Below, piece after piece: positions 1-11,150 of a DNA stretch of 34,749 nt. How positions within the stretch are numbered: the first letter of the stretch is position 1; each line of letters starts with the position of its first letter. The stretch covers positions 1 through 34,749 of the forward strand of contig JYFJ02004101.1 in NCBI GenBank assembly GCA_000934665.2, in the 5' to 3' direction. The notes under the pieces were generated by a model, which made no database searches, was not told the DNA's origin, and saw only the letters and a list, made by a program, of their open reading frames with translations. The translations under genes were made by a program, and so were the position numbers. Source of the DNA: Catajapyx aquilonaris. Its lineage: Eukaryota.

Positions 1-197
1 TAATTAATGGGTAAATAGGTAAATATGTCTGAGGATAAGGTGATGTCTGAGGTGGGCAGGGGTGGGGGGTGGGACAGGTTGTTTTTAGGTTTATTCTTAT
101 GAGTTTTATTAGTTCATATGTTGGGTTAGCTTGCGTCTCCCTTCATCGCTGACTACCCCTCATAGGGAAATGTCGTGATGATGTTGTTGTTGTTGTT
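1..197 (+). mobile_element. Probable 3' end of a non-LTR retroelement (LINE or SINE)
   Basis: Imperfect stem-loop at 144-180 (catcgc/gtgatg, gac/gtc, ccct/aggg) followed directly by a (TTG)n tail ending at 197. The element is cut by the window edge. Confidence 0.45.
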
Positions 198-407
198 ACC
201 CTTTTGTCTGATTAACGATGATAGGCCTATGTAATCGTTGGCATTGTGGAAAGATTTATGATAATGTGGATAACATTTGAATAGAGTTTTGAATTTGGAA
301 AAATTAACTTGAGGAATACCGTATTCAGTTTCTTGGACTTCTCCCCATGTCTGCAGCTAAATGACTTGGCAACTGCTGGCAGGCAACCATCACATCAAGG
401 CACACTG

Positions 408-649
408 CAGTGGTGGAACTAGCCTCGTGGGGCCCAAGTTCGAAAGTATCACAAGCGCCTCCCCCCCTCCCCACTTGGTGACTTGAGCTGGCATCCCTGG
501 CTCCGACGTCAGATCTGACCCGGAATGCCATTTACACAGAAGGTTCGATGGTCGAATCCAGTCGAAGTCGGATCGGCTGTGTAGAGCCCACCTAACCTCA
601 GGGGCCTTAGTTCAGCCGAACCGTCTGAACTACCCTAGTTCCGCCACTG
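408..649. mobile_element. hAT-type MITE (242 bp)
   Basis: 15-bp TIRs cagtggtggaactag (408-422) and ctagttccgccactg (635-649), one mismatch; 8-bp TSD gcacactg (400-407) and gcacattg (650-657). Confidence 0.85.
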
Positions 650-1034
650 GCACATTGTAACCACATTTCAAGATGACAAGCTCCCACTTTTCAAAATCCA
701 AAAAGTTATGAATTCCCATAAGTGTCATGTCTCAAAGAGTTTTGGATTAGATATTATTTGTTCACATATTGAGAAATTTATTACAAATCAAAAACCTGTT
801 GGCACCAAACTAAAAAGTACATGACAGTAGTATCAGTAGAATTCAGACTTATTGACATGAAATCATATCAACAATCTGGATTGGCAACACTGTGCCTAGC
901 AACCAGTACGACCAGCACAGTTCCATTTCCTCTGTGCTGTATAAATGCCCCTATGGTAACCATGGTCACCCATGGCTTATTACTCATGTCGTGCAACTCC
1001 CTCCCCCTATGCGTGAGCTTAGGTGTGCACGGAC

Positions 1035-1208
1035 TTGGCGCTGCCGTCCTCCACAGAGCCCTACTTTGGGCCTTGGTTCGGGTGGCTGGCTCTGCGACTT
1101 TCCCTACTGACCCAGCTGCATTGGAAAGAATGGTTCATGTTGGTTCAGAAAAGCGTCCGCCCGAACGTGCGGTCAAAGTCGTGCTCTGTGGAGCGACGCC
1201 AGCGCCAA
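1035..1208. repeat. Degenerate fold-back inverted repeat (MITE-like)
   Basis: ttggcgctgccgtcctccacagagccctacttt (1035-1067) closely matches the reverse complement of 1175-1208, with weaker pairing further inward. No TSD recognised. Confidence 0.6.
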
Positions 1209-2011
1209 ATAGAACATTCTACCATTGGGGGGGGGGGGGGGGGGGGGTGGGGGAGGTGTGNACGCTCACGCCCTCCCCGTATGGCTAGATAGTGAGTTGC
1301 GGAGGGGCTGGTCACTGCCATGTTGATTGATAGGCAACAAGGAATGCCTACCCACTGAGGTCGTTGACCTTGGTTATATGTATTCATAAAATAGTTTTAT
1401 GAATGCAAATACCAAAGTGGGATAAGATATCCAGGTGACATTTTCTAAGGAAGATTTGCAGCAGTGCAATATGCATGTGTGGGTTTACCCTAGTTATCAA
1501 ATGTCCGCAACAATGAAGTAACAAGTCATAACAATGGTAGACCCATTCCTTGACCTGAATCTTGGCTGGTGCAACCAGCCCTGAGCCCTGATAATTTTGC
1601 AAGGGGTTATGAGCCGGCAATGACGTTCTAAATCGACATATTGGTGTGGGTACTACTGCGCCCTCATTCCGCTTCCACTGAAATAAGTGGAATTAATTGA
1701 ACATTTTATTCCACTTATTTGAGTACCGGTAGTAGACGTGATGGGAGGCCCCGGGGGGGGGGGGGGGGGGGGGTTCNCTACTTAAAAGTAGCTGGCATAA
1801 TAATTATCCAAGCTAAGTGCAAAATCCAGATGGTTGTGTAGCTCCATGATAAGTCGGGCCAAACCTTTTATTGATTTGCTAGGGTGTCAAGGAGGTCACG
1901 GAGGAAGATTCAACACGATGCCATGGTAACGGCTGCAGAACAAGATATTGGGGGTCAATGACCTTTAGAAAAATAATTAATTCCTAACACACTTGATCTC
2001 AATGTCCCAAA

Positions 2012-2154
2012 GGTGAGTTTACATGCGAGCGATTTGATCAGCAATGTTGCAGTGATGTCATCGCCGAGCGAAGGTAACAATTGTGGAATATTGGTCTCAT
2101 CGCTCAGCAATGACAACATCTCGCTGAGCAAAAATGCTTGCATGTAAACGCAGC
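2012..2154. mobile_element. PIF/Harbinger-like MITE family, copy 1
   Basis: TIRs ggtgagtttacatgcgagcgattt and aaaatgcttgcatgtaaacgcagc, followed by tta; same termini as the copies at 10855 and 15159. Confidence 0.75.
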
Positions 2155-2171
2155 TTACTGTTTGAAACATA

Positions 2172-2316
2172 GGGGCCGTGCAGACGGGCCAAGCCCAGCC
2201 GCGTCCGCGACGGTTCACACCTGGCAAGCCACGGCCAGGCCACGGCTTACAAGGTAGGCCAACTTCCTGGAAGTTGGCCAGGGCCGCGGCCAAGCCCGGC
2301 CCGTCTGCACGGCCCC
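2172..2316. mobile_element. GC-rich PIF/Harbinger-like MITE (145 bp), apparently young
   Basis: Perfect 19-bp TIRs ggggccgtgcagacgggcc (2172-2190 and 2298-2316), 3-bp TSD ata/ata, internal 11-bp-arm palindrome at 2257-2279. Confidence 0.9.
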
Positions 2317-3198
2317 ATAATTATTTTTCTAAAGGTCGAGGTTCTGCAGCATTCTCAACCGTGGTTTGCAGTGGTTGGTTGGCCATTACCGTGGCAACCA
2401 GTTCATACAAGCTTGATCTCAATGTCGTAATGTTTGGAATCTAATTTGTTCCCCCCCTAAAGGTCATTGACCTCCAACATCTTGTTCTGTGGCTTGCCTT
2501 TACCATGGCAACCTGTTGAATCTTCATCAGTGAAAGGTCATTTACCGTGTCAGCTGCTGAAATAATCGTGACAATACCCTACTGCATATGCGACCAAAAA
2601 ATGATACCATCCTGCAGTCAGTTGTACGACAATGTGGATCTATTTGGTGTTGCATTAATATGCAGAGAAGTGGCAGCAACAAGTGTAGCCGCAAGAAATG
2701 TTCCATCCGCCCTTACCTTTGAATAGTATCGGCGGCAGTTCTGCCGAACGCGGCGCCGGCCGCTCCCGTGACCCAGTCAGCGCGGTACAAAGCCCCCCCA
2801 AAAATTCACTGTCGAACTTCAGCCTCGGGATCGAACCAAAACGCACATCCGAACTGGACCACTGCCTAGTTTCGAATAACCCGGGAGCGATTCGAACCAC
2901 AATTCGAACAGTCCATATTTCTACTTCTGTGGACCCCGAATGGCGCCCAAAAAAATAAATAAAAAAATAAAATAAAAAATAATATCCAACATCCGGGACT
3001 TGGACCAATCGACCAATCAGAGCAATTCTAATTTCGGGGGGGAAGGCGGGAATTTAAAATGTTCTTATTGGCCAGCCCATAAGCAGTTATATTAAGTGGT
3101 TATCAATTAAGTATCACGAAAATAACTGCTGCTAGCAATATTAGTGATAATGACCAATGAACTTTTACTGACTAATTATTATTTTTTCCTGTTTTCAG

Positions 3199-4210
3199 AT
3201 CTCATGGAGCACAGAGATGGCCCAATCTTAACCTTTTAAACTGCAGGACATCTCAACACCTCAATCATGTGAAATAAAATTCAAACTACTGTTGCATAAC
3301 CCCCCCCCCCCCAAAAAAAAAAAAAATGTAGTATACCATACCATCTAGTGCGAACATATAGTTTCATGGGAACTGCTTTTCAATTGTTGATATGACGTCC
3401 ATTATTGTGGTCATTTTCGTCCACATCTATTTAAGGGTGATGGATGTACAGTTGCATTGAAGGTGTGAAGTGTGGTTTCAAACAACCTTTTTTTCTCAGT
3501 CATGTCATTGTGATATTTAAAAAACAAAATGTGTGTAATTAAGTGTACAGTAATTTGAGTGGGTTGTTGCAATCTTGAAGGCTCCTGCCCTCTTTTATTG
3601 GTGTTTTCGTATATTCTTCAATTAATTTTGATTGGAAGATACTATGCGGTACTATGTGTCAAGGAAAGTTTCAGCCAAACATATCTTGCTCTATACAACT
3701 ATTCATTTTTTCCCCATGGGCAAATGCTGATAGTTGCATAACATCATGTTTAGCATAAACTTTTTGGGATGTGCAGTACATGACCACTGCGAATGGTACC
3801 GGTAATTTTGAACCATTGCATAAATTGCAGGATTTATTTGTGTCCATACATTTGCCTTTGTTACTTTCACAAGCAGCTGATGTGTGCGGCTAATGTTTTT
3901 GTGATGTGCATTTCACGGGGGGAAAAATTGGGTTTTTTTTACTCATTAATTGCGTTGTTCAGTGTCCTGGTGTACTTGGTTGCGTTATTGTTGCATAATA
4001 CCTACGCTGTGATATGGTACAAATTGCTATGTTTGCAGATCTGGCCACACATTGTAATTGTCAACATTTCGTGTGATGGAACTTGGGATGAATCATGAAC
4101 CTCTCAGTTTCACTATTCCTGTTGCAACATTAATATATCAACAATTTGACACTAGGAACACCATTCAACTGCAGCTTTAGTGTTATTTTTTATTGTCTTT
4201 CTGTAATAAA
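3199..4210 (+). other. Possible terminal exon and 3' UTR of an unidentified plus-strand gene starting left of the window
   Basis: Strong acceptor ttttttcctgttttcag (AG at 3197-3198), early stops in all frames, T-rich tract, AATAAA at 4205-4210. No recognisable protein motif. Confidence 0.3.
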
Positions 4211-4360
4211 GGCATTATTTTTCATTGCAGGTTGTTATTTCTGCTGAGTTCTTAATCAAAGAAAGAAATGCTTACTTGCCCTTGTGTAAGGCAATGTGCA
4301 TACAGAAAGCAGCAGATTGCAGTTTCAGGTGCTGGTAACAGACAATTGGTTTAGAATAAA

Positions 4361-4504
4361 GGCCAAAACACAAAAAGATTTTGCGTCAAGCGGCAAACGC
4401 GTGCCCCGCCAACTATTATTAATTATTGGCAATAATATGCCCCGCGACAAATATGCCGCAACGCGCGCCTTTTGCCGCGCGATTTTTTTTTTTGTGAAAT
4501 GGCC
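4361..4504. mobile_element. Small degenerate MITE with GGCC termini (Harbinger-like)
   Basis: ggccaaaacacaaaaa ... tttttgtgaaatggcc followed by tta; inner inverted gcggcaaa/tttgccgc; CpG-rich relative to its flanks. Confidence 0.55.
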
Positions 4505-5099
4505 TTAATCCTGCATGAGAGTAGGGTATGATGCATACAGAGCAAAGGAACAGGTTGCAAATCGCGCTTCCAGGCAAGAGCATGAATGTGCATTCTAAAT
4601 CGCTCACACACTTTGTGATCAGCCCCATTTGGCATTGCAAATAACACGTACAGTACAGAGGGAAGAAGGCAAAGGAAAGCGTCAGATTGTGTTGTCCGAG
4701 TCCGAGGTGAGAGATAACTAATCGCCAGTGCCAGCACCAGCATTCGAGCACTTTCTTTGTGCAAAATGCCTGAGTTGGAGGGCATCAAGGTGACAATCAC
4801 TGTGTCTTGCATAATACGCATGTATGATACATACAAACACTAGTACTGTAGATGTTTAGGATGGCCCATGTAGGCTTTGATATTTAATCTGCTACAAACT
4901 TCCACATTATAATAGATTATTTGTTGATGACATTACTTTTCTAATAAAGAATTTATGGTTATTTTCTGTAAAGCACCACCTTATTGAAAATAACTGATAT
5001 TTCCGTTGTAGTATTTTTTTATCAGTGGCTTTTGTGTACACCAGTATGATTTAATTTCTAAAGTCAATTGTTGAAACTCTTCAAGTGTAGATGCATGTT

Positions 5100-6831
5100 T
5101 TACATTTTTGTGGGATTATAGATATGTTTCAAAGGTGTGAGCCAATCCCCCAATTTTTGCAGGTAGAAGTCTGGGACTTGCTTGCGTTGTTCTGGGTCTG
5201 GTGACATCTTCCAAGTATTCACTTCTTGCATGGTGGTGATTCCAGAAAGAACCAAGATAGTTCTCAAGCCGCAGTTGGCTCCAAACAATATGTCAGTGTT
5301 ACCTCTGGAAGAAGAGAAGTAAAAAATCATGAAATGAATGCTCTCATTAATCAAGCAATATTTAGAAGGGTGCCTTGCCTGTCACCAATCATTATTGTCC
5401 TCTCTGGAACAACATCCTCATGGTCATGCTGAATTGACTTGAATATTTCTGGTGATGGTTTTCCCATTACAATTGGCTTTCTTCCAGTTGCATATTGCAC
5501 GGCAGCCACTATACTTCCACAGTCTGCCAATTAAAATGTGCTTTATGAAACTTATGCAAATTCATGTGCACACAATGGATGTACCAGGAATAGTCAAGCC
5601 TCTCCTGGTTGGCATCACTTCATCTGTGTTTGTGGCTATGAAGAGACATGACTTGTCCATCAGGTAGGACGATGCCTTCAGAAGCTTCACGTAACTCAAG
5701 GTCCAATCTAGCCCAACCACCACTGCACCTACGTCTGGTTCCAGGTGCATCTTGGAGAACCACTCATAGAAATTAGGAGGATGGATCATTGGGTCAGGCT
5801 GTTGGCAAACCATACACATTATTACAGGTGTGCACTTGTGTCATTTAGGTAGCAGAGCATTAACACGGAATAAAAAAATATACCCCACTCCCAAAGTGTC
5901 GAATATCCATCAAGTCCAGTTCATCTCCCAGCCCCTCAGTTGCAACCAAATATGCTTTTTTATTCTCCATGTTTTGCTTGCGTAGATATTTAGCAGTCAT
6001 GTATGCAGAGCTGTACAATTCGTGCTGAAAATATAAGGCCATTGTTAATAGCTTTGTCAAAGCATAAATACACTGCTTTAATAGATATGACGACAGGAAG
6101 ATTTGTCAAGGATTCAGTGATAATGCACATGATGGGTGGGTGGAAGAAGTAGATGCTTTATGGATATTGTAAAGTGATTTTTATTTTAGTGCTTGTCATT
6201 GTTTCTTACATGATGCAATATGATATATGGACTTGCAACAAACATAGACCTTTCAATGCCAATTGCTATTTACTCCAAAGTCTAAGTAAAAGGCAACTTC
6301 ATATAATATGGGAAGTATAGAACTATCAGTTTTCAATACCACCATTTTTATTTTGTTTACTACACGCAGATATAAAAATTGCTTATTATTCCTACTGACG
6401 CAATTACACTGATGTCTCTACTGTAGGCTACACTTAAGAAACAGCACGGGAAATAGGTTCCCACAGCAGTGCAATCTTAATTAGAAAATTTTAATTTCCA
6501 ATAGCACTTACCTCTTCTATAGGAAAATCCAATTTTTTAAATTTCTCGAAAAACTGTGGCGTAGATTTGGTGGCATTGTTGGTGATGTAGAAGACTTTCT
6601 TACCGTTCGATTTCAACATATGAATTACTTCCAGCGAACCATCGATAAGCTGCATGTCATCCCATAAAACCCCTAAAAATAAATAACAACACCATTATTA
6701 CCCCTTCTCCCGAATGCAAAAAAAAGACAATGCAGTACGTCACCATCACAGTCAGTCAAAACCGTGTCGAAAGATTCCAAAAACTTCCTCATTTCTGGAC
6801 GGCGATATGATGTGAGGAGTCGGGCTGCCAT
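5100..6831 (-). CDS. PGP: HAD-superfamily IIA phosphatase: phosphoglycolate / glycerol-3-phosphate phosphatase (PGP, 4-nitrophenylphosphatase-like), 317 aa, 6 exons
   Basis: Exons 6831-6744, 6672-6512, 6024-5884, 5798-5585, 5523-5379 and 5304-5100 join in phase (954 nt). HAD motifs present: I FDTVLTDCDGVLW, II YITNNATK, III MGKPS, IV IGDRGNTDILFG, plus FIATNTD and C-terminal LVLSGIT...PDFY. The last intron has a GC donor. Confidence 0.93.
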
Positions 6832-7628
6832 TGCTAAAACTTTGGCCGTGGCTTTTTCCTCTGTCGTAACACACGATTTTACATAACTATACCGGCTATC
6901 CCACACGGTAAGACTAGCAATTTTGGGTGATCTATTTGGGACAAGCACTGCTGATTACTTGGATTTCAGTTTCGAAGTGTGATGCAAATAGAAACGATTT
7001 TTGCTCAATTACCTTTGCTGACGGAAATCCTGATTACAAGGGCGCTAATAAATTCAGGGGGGTCTGCTGGGGACGTACGTTACGTAGTCCAATCAGGCGA
7101 CAGGATGTCCCTGGCGTGCAAATTTTGACATCGTGTCCATTTTGATTTGAATAACCGCGTCAGTTTTTTTTTTCAAGGGTCCTATAATGTGTGTTTGAAT
7201 CTGAGTGTTTCCAAGGCTATGATTGTTTGTTTACTCCAGGTTGGACGGTACGTCCAACACTATTGCCTGGAGCAGGCGACACTGCAGAAATTATAGTGTG
7301 TCGTTAAAATTCACACGTCAGAACTATTGCTTCAGTAGTTAGTATAGGGAGAGCCATAAACCAATGGATATGGGGAGAAAAATAATTGTTTCACAGGCAA
7401 TTAACTTTATTACCGATTGTGTGTGGAGAAAAATGAGAAGCAGCTCAGGAGTATTTAGTAGGCTACCTAATTATTGGTTATGTAGTGTTGGAAATTTTTT
7501 ATATTGCACAATACAGCAGGCTTCAAATCGCCGAGATAATAATGGTCGCAAATTGGCCCTCACACATTGGAAATATATTTTGTTAAAATGGCAACAATTT
7601 TGACCGTTTTCTAGCGACAGTCACAACA
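6832..7628. promoter_or_regulatory. Divergent (probably bidirectional) promoter and 5' UTR region between PGP and TSSK
   Basis: The start codons face away from each other 797 bp apart. CpG-richer patch with CCAAT at 7089-7093; acceptor-like ttttctag just before the TSSK ATG. Transcription starts not determined. Confidence 0.5.
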
Positions 7629-9975
7629 ATGGCAGACTCTATATTTCGGCCCCAAAATTCCCGTGAAGACCACAGCTGACCATGCGGAGTTCAAAATTTC
7701 AAGTGAGATCACACGGATAAGTTCGTAACATAAAAAATATGTACTCTCCTCATAGCTCTGCATCGAGAATCCTTCAACATAAAGGATTCTCGATATGCCA
7801 CTTAATAGGAGAAGGCTCATATTCCAAAATCTATTACGCAGAGCAGATCGACGCATTTGGAGAGACGCACAAACTAGCTTGCAAGGTAGTTTATTTTCAT
7901 AACCCACTCAATATTGCATTAAATTTCGCAATACAAATAATATTTCTTCGCAGGTGGTGAACACGGTTACAGCCCCGCAAGAGTATGTGAACAAATTTTT
8001 GGAGAGGGAAATAGAAATTTTGAACAAATTGAATCATCCGCGTGTCGTCTATATGACTGCAATACTTGAGCGAAGGAGCATGTATTACATGTTTATGACG
8101 TATGCAAGTAAAGGCGACCTCTTGGATTACCTTAAAATTGAGGGGCCTGTAGCAGAAGGAAGGGCAAGAAAATGGTTCGGTCAAATGGTGGAGGTGTGAT
8201 ATTTTATAATAACAACATCAATAATAATAATCGCTGGTGGTTTTAATGGATTGTAATATTTTTCGCAGGGTGTACAATATTTACATGCCATAGATGTTGC
8301 ACATAGGGACCTCAAGTGTGACAATATGCTCCTCACACAAAATTATGATATTATAATCACTGATTTCGGATTTTCCCGGATGTGCAGCGTTGGGGTAAGG
8401 ATGTGTGGAAGTTTAATTTAAACCTTGGTTGTCTCAAGATCATCCAAAGTTATAGGTGTATGTCAGCTTTGCTGTGAATATGTGAAATTATGGTGTAACT
8501 TTAGCATCCATTATTTTCAAATAATATAAAGAGTTTGGCAATATTCTAGCTTATGCAAAGAGGAGGTAAATTACTTAAACTTATTTTGAAGCAATTTGCA
8601 AAAAAAAACTACATTTTTATGTGAATTCAGGCATATCATCAAGTAGTCAGGTGGTATGAGTACCGGTACACTGCAGTACATGAAGCACCGGACAAAACAC
8701 TCAGTACAGTACTTTTTTTAAAAAATTCACTCTAAAGTAATTGTTTTTCTTGTAAATAAAGTTTGGGTTCATTTCACTTTCAAGGATTATATTTCTAAAC
8801 TAAGCAAACACAAGTGCCTAATCTTTTGATGTGTAATTATAAGTTTTGGTGAGTAATCTATTTTAGTATACATTACATAACACATTTCTCAGGGTTCTCC
8901 TGTTTCAAGCGAAACCTTCTGCGGATCTCTGACTTATGTGCCTCCAGAAATCCTCATGTGCAAGCCTTACGACCCTAAAAAGGTGGATGTGTGGGCCCTT
9001 GGTGTTACACTCTATGCAATGTTCAACAAGGCCTTGCCCTTTGATGGGGCCAACCTCAGGCAGCTTCTGGCAGCACAGATGACAAGGGGATGGAGATTTC
9101 TTGCTGGGGATAGGGTCAGCTCTCTTGCTCGAGATGTAGTCCAGCGCCTGCTGGAACCACAGGCTGGGTCGCGGCCTGACATTAATGCGGTATGTTGTGG
9201 ATGAAGTAGCACATGCAGTGGGGTGAAATGTTAGAATGTTCTTACTTGAAGCATTAATACATGTGAATTCCTTTTTAACCCTGAACTACTTAGGTGGCCG
9301 AAACACGGCTCCAACGATACATTTAAATCTCTGCTTATCAGCTAAATTGTTATATTGGACTTTTCATATACAGAAAGTGCAGTTCAGATAATTATGCTTC
9401 CAAAAAAAGTAAAACTCACACTGGTTTTTTTGACTACAAATTCATGGAAGGACAGGGGAAAAAATTTTAATTAACAAGTTACATCACTTTTAAATAGTGG
9501 TTCAAGCCGCTCAAGCTCCACCTAAGTAGTTAAGGGTTAACATAAATATATTCTTGACCTCTGACTCAATACTCCTTATCGTGTGATAATAATCAATTCA
9601 TGAACACACACAGACAAATATTTTAACACACACAAAAATACAAGCACTTATAAAATAATGCTGTGTGGTAACTAGCAGGTTTGGAACATGGCTTGGTTGG
9701 CCCCCTATCGGGAGGCAGCAGCCAAGAGAGAGAAGAGGGCACAAGAACAGGCGGATAGCAATCCTATATCAGAAAATCTTCTAGCAACAGATGACAGGCC
9801 AGGTCCATCCAGTAGAAGGACGAACGCAGAGTTGAAATTTGAAAAGGAGTCTCCAAAACCCAACACTATAGCAAGTCTAAAAATGTCAAAATCTGATGTG
9901 ACATTACAAATGGCAACTAGAGAGAGCCAAACTGATGCAACTTACAGAACTAGCACTTCTAAAACTGCCCTATAG
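7629..9975 (+). CDS. TSSK: Testis-specific serine/threonine protein kinase family member (CAMK group), about 387 aa, 6 exons
   Basis: Exons 7629-7702, 7756-7885, 7954-8193, 8269-8394, 8893-9189 and 9679-9975 join in phase. Motifs: IGEGSYS, LACK, KFLERE, HRDLKCDN, TDFGFSR, SETFCGSLTYVPPE, PYDPKKVDVWALGV. Exon 1 is the least certain; the alternative start is the ATG at 7739. Confidence 0.9.
9279..9536. mobile_element. piggyBac-type MITE (258 bp) in TSSK intron 5
   Basis: TTAA TSD at 9275-9278 and 9537-9540; 19-bp TIRs ccctgaactacttaggtgg and ccacctaagtagttaaggg, one mismatch. Confidence 0.9.
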
Positions 9976-10072
9976 GCTCAAAGCAGGAAGCCCTCTTAAA
10001 TAATGCAGGTGAGAAAATTGCAATGTATTACTGTACTGTTTAAGTGAAATTAGCATTTCAGATGCATTGTAC

Positions 10073-10651
10073 GAATGGTTCCCAAACCTTTTCACCTTCA
10101 CACACAACTGGGACTGTTGCATATTTTACTTTTAGGCTCGCTTGCAACACTTTGAGGGCATCTGATCCACCAAAGTTTAAAAGATGCAATTCACTGCTGC
10201 CTACAATAACTAATCGCCAATAATATCAGTTCAATCCTCAATAGATCATATAACCTCCATCGGTGTAACCAGCCCTTCATAAAAATCTGCAGGAAATATA
10301 ACATGTGGCAAGAGTTTGCACAAACTTTCCTTCAGGCGATTCTGCTCTCAATGGGGGGGCACAAAGCAGGCCATGTGCAATTAGATCTCTCCCTGGGAAT
10401 AGAATATGAGGAAGGAATCCATGACAAAGAAGCTGCAGTTCGTGTATACATCAGGAACTGGACAAATGTGCAACGCAGGATGCATGTGCATTAGTCACTC
10501 ATGGCGCCCTTCCCCTCCCACGCTTGAGAATTGAATCGGATGGAAGGATGCTCGTCCGTTCTCAAGCTCACGTGCTGTGCAGCAGCCTAATTCCCATCAG
10601 GAAAACCCATGCAATCTGTTTCAATTGCAACCCCTGGTTTTTGAACTACTG
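10073..10651. mobile_element. Possible old hAT-like non-autonomous element
   Basis: Ends gaatggttcccaaacc and ggtttttgaactactg resemble hAT termini (11 of 16 complementary); no convincing TSD. Confidence 0.3.
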
Positions 10652-10854
10652 CACTGATTGATGTTTGGAAAGTTTCTCCCCTATAAGAGTATATAACTAA
10701 ATATCACAACACTATTTTCAACTATGAATAGCATGCAGTTTTTGTTCAAGGTTCAGTCAAAGTACAGTCCAGACTCATCACATGTGGACTTGATTAGAAT
10801 TGTAAAACTCTCATCTCTCATTAATGAGACTTTCCTACATCACACCCCTGTTAA

Positions 10855-11150
10855 GCTGCGTTTAAAGTGCGGAAAACTGAACAATGATCTGATGTCATCA
10901 AAATTTCCATGGAAATATTCTCACAGAACAATATGAGTGAGCAGTGTCAACAAAATGCAACAATGTAAGAAACACTGACGTCAGATCGTCGTTTGGTTTT
11001 CCGCACAATACATGTGAATGATTCGACGAGTGCAATATTTCCCGAGGCTGAGTAACCCAAGCAACCGATATTGTGTGAGGCGAAAATTGATTGTTCATTT
11101 CAGCCTCGGCTAAGATTTCAGTCGTCAAATTGCTCACATGTAAACGCAGC
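10855..11150. mobile_element. PIF/Harbinger-like MITE family, copy 2 (left TIR interrupted)
   Basis: Left TIR gctgcgttta resumes as catgtgaatgattcgacga at 11011; right TIR tcgtcaaattgctcacatgtaaacgcagc. The interior matches copy 3 in reverse orientation. Confidence 0.8.
10865..11008. mobile_element. MITE inserted into the TIR of copy 2 (TA duplication, Tc1/mariner-like)
   Basis: About 32-bp inverted repeats gtgcggaaaactgaacaatgatctgatgtca and tgacgtcagatcgtcgtttggttttccgcac; TA at 10863-10864 and 11009-11010. Confidence 0.75.

Larger units (their letters stand above)
1896..2533. mobile_element. Long-arm fold-back element with internal duplication, hosting two younger MITEs
   Basis: Arm 1896-1990 is an imperfect reverse complement of 2431-2533. 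A second, partial right arm lies at about 2159-2400. Loop sequence cttgatctcaatgtc occurs twice (about 1992 and 2412). Confidence 0.75.

Noticed and set aside
1226..1261. Long poly-G runs (also near 1752-1777) as G-quadruplex elements
   Set aside because: Each run is closely followed by an N, so length and sequence are unreliable and probably reflect sequencing or assembly trouble.
821..1288. 155-aa ORF and overlapping ORFs
   Set aside because: No recognisable motif; it runs through an inverted repeat, a poly-G run and an N.
1681..1720. Perfect 13-bp-arm hairpin (and a 10-bp-arm hairpin at 1382-1404) as miRNA or terminator
   Set aside because: The stems are AT-rich and too short for a pre-miRNA, and sit in a region full of decayed inverted-repeat elements.
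4419..4836. Minus-strand ORFs of 110 and 137 aa
   Set aside because: They overlap a MITE and repeat-like DNA and show no protein motif or coherent splice structure.
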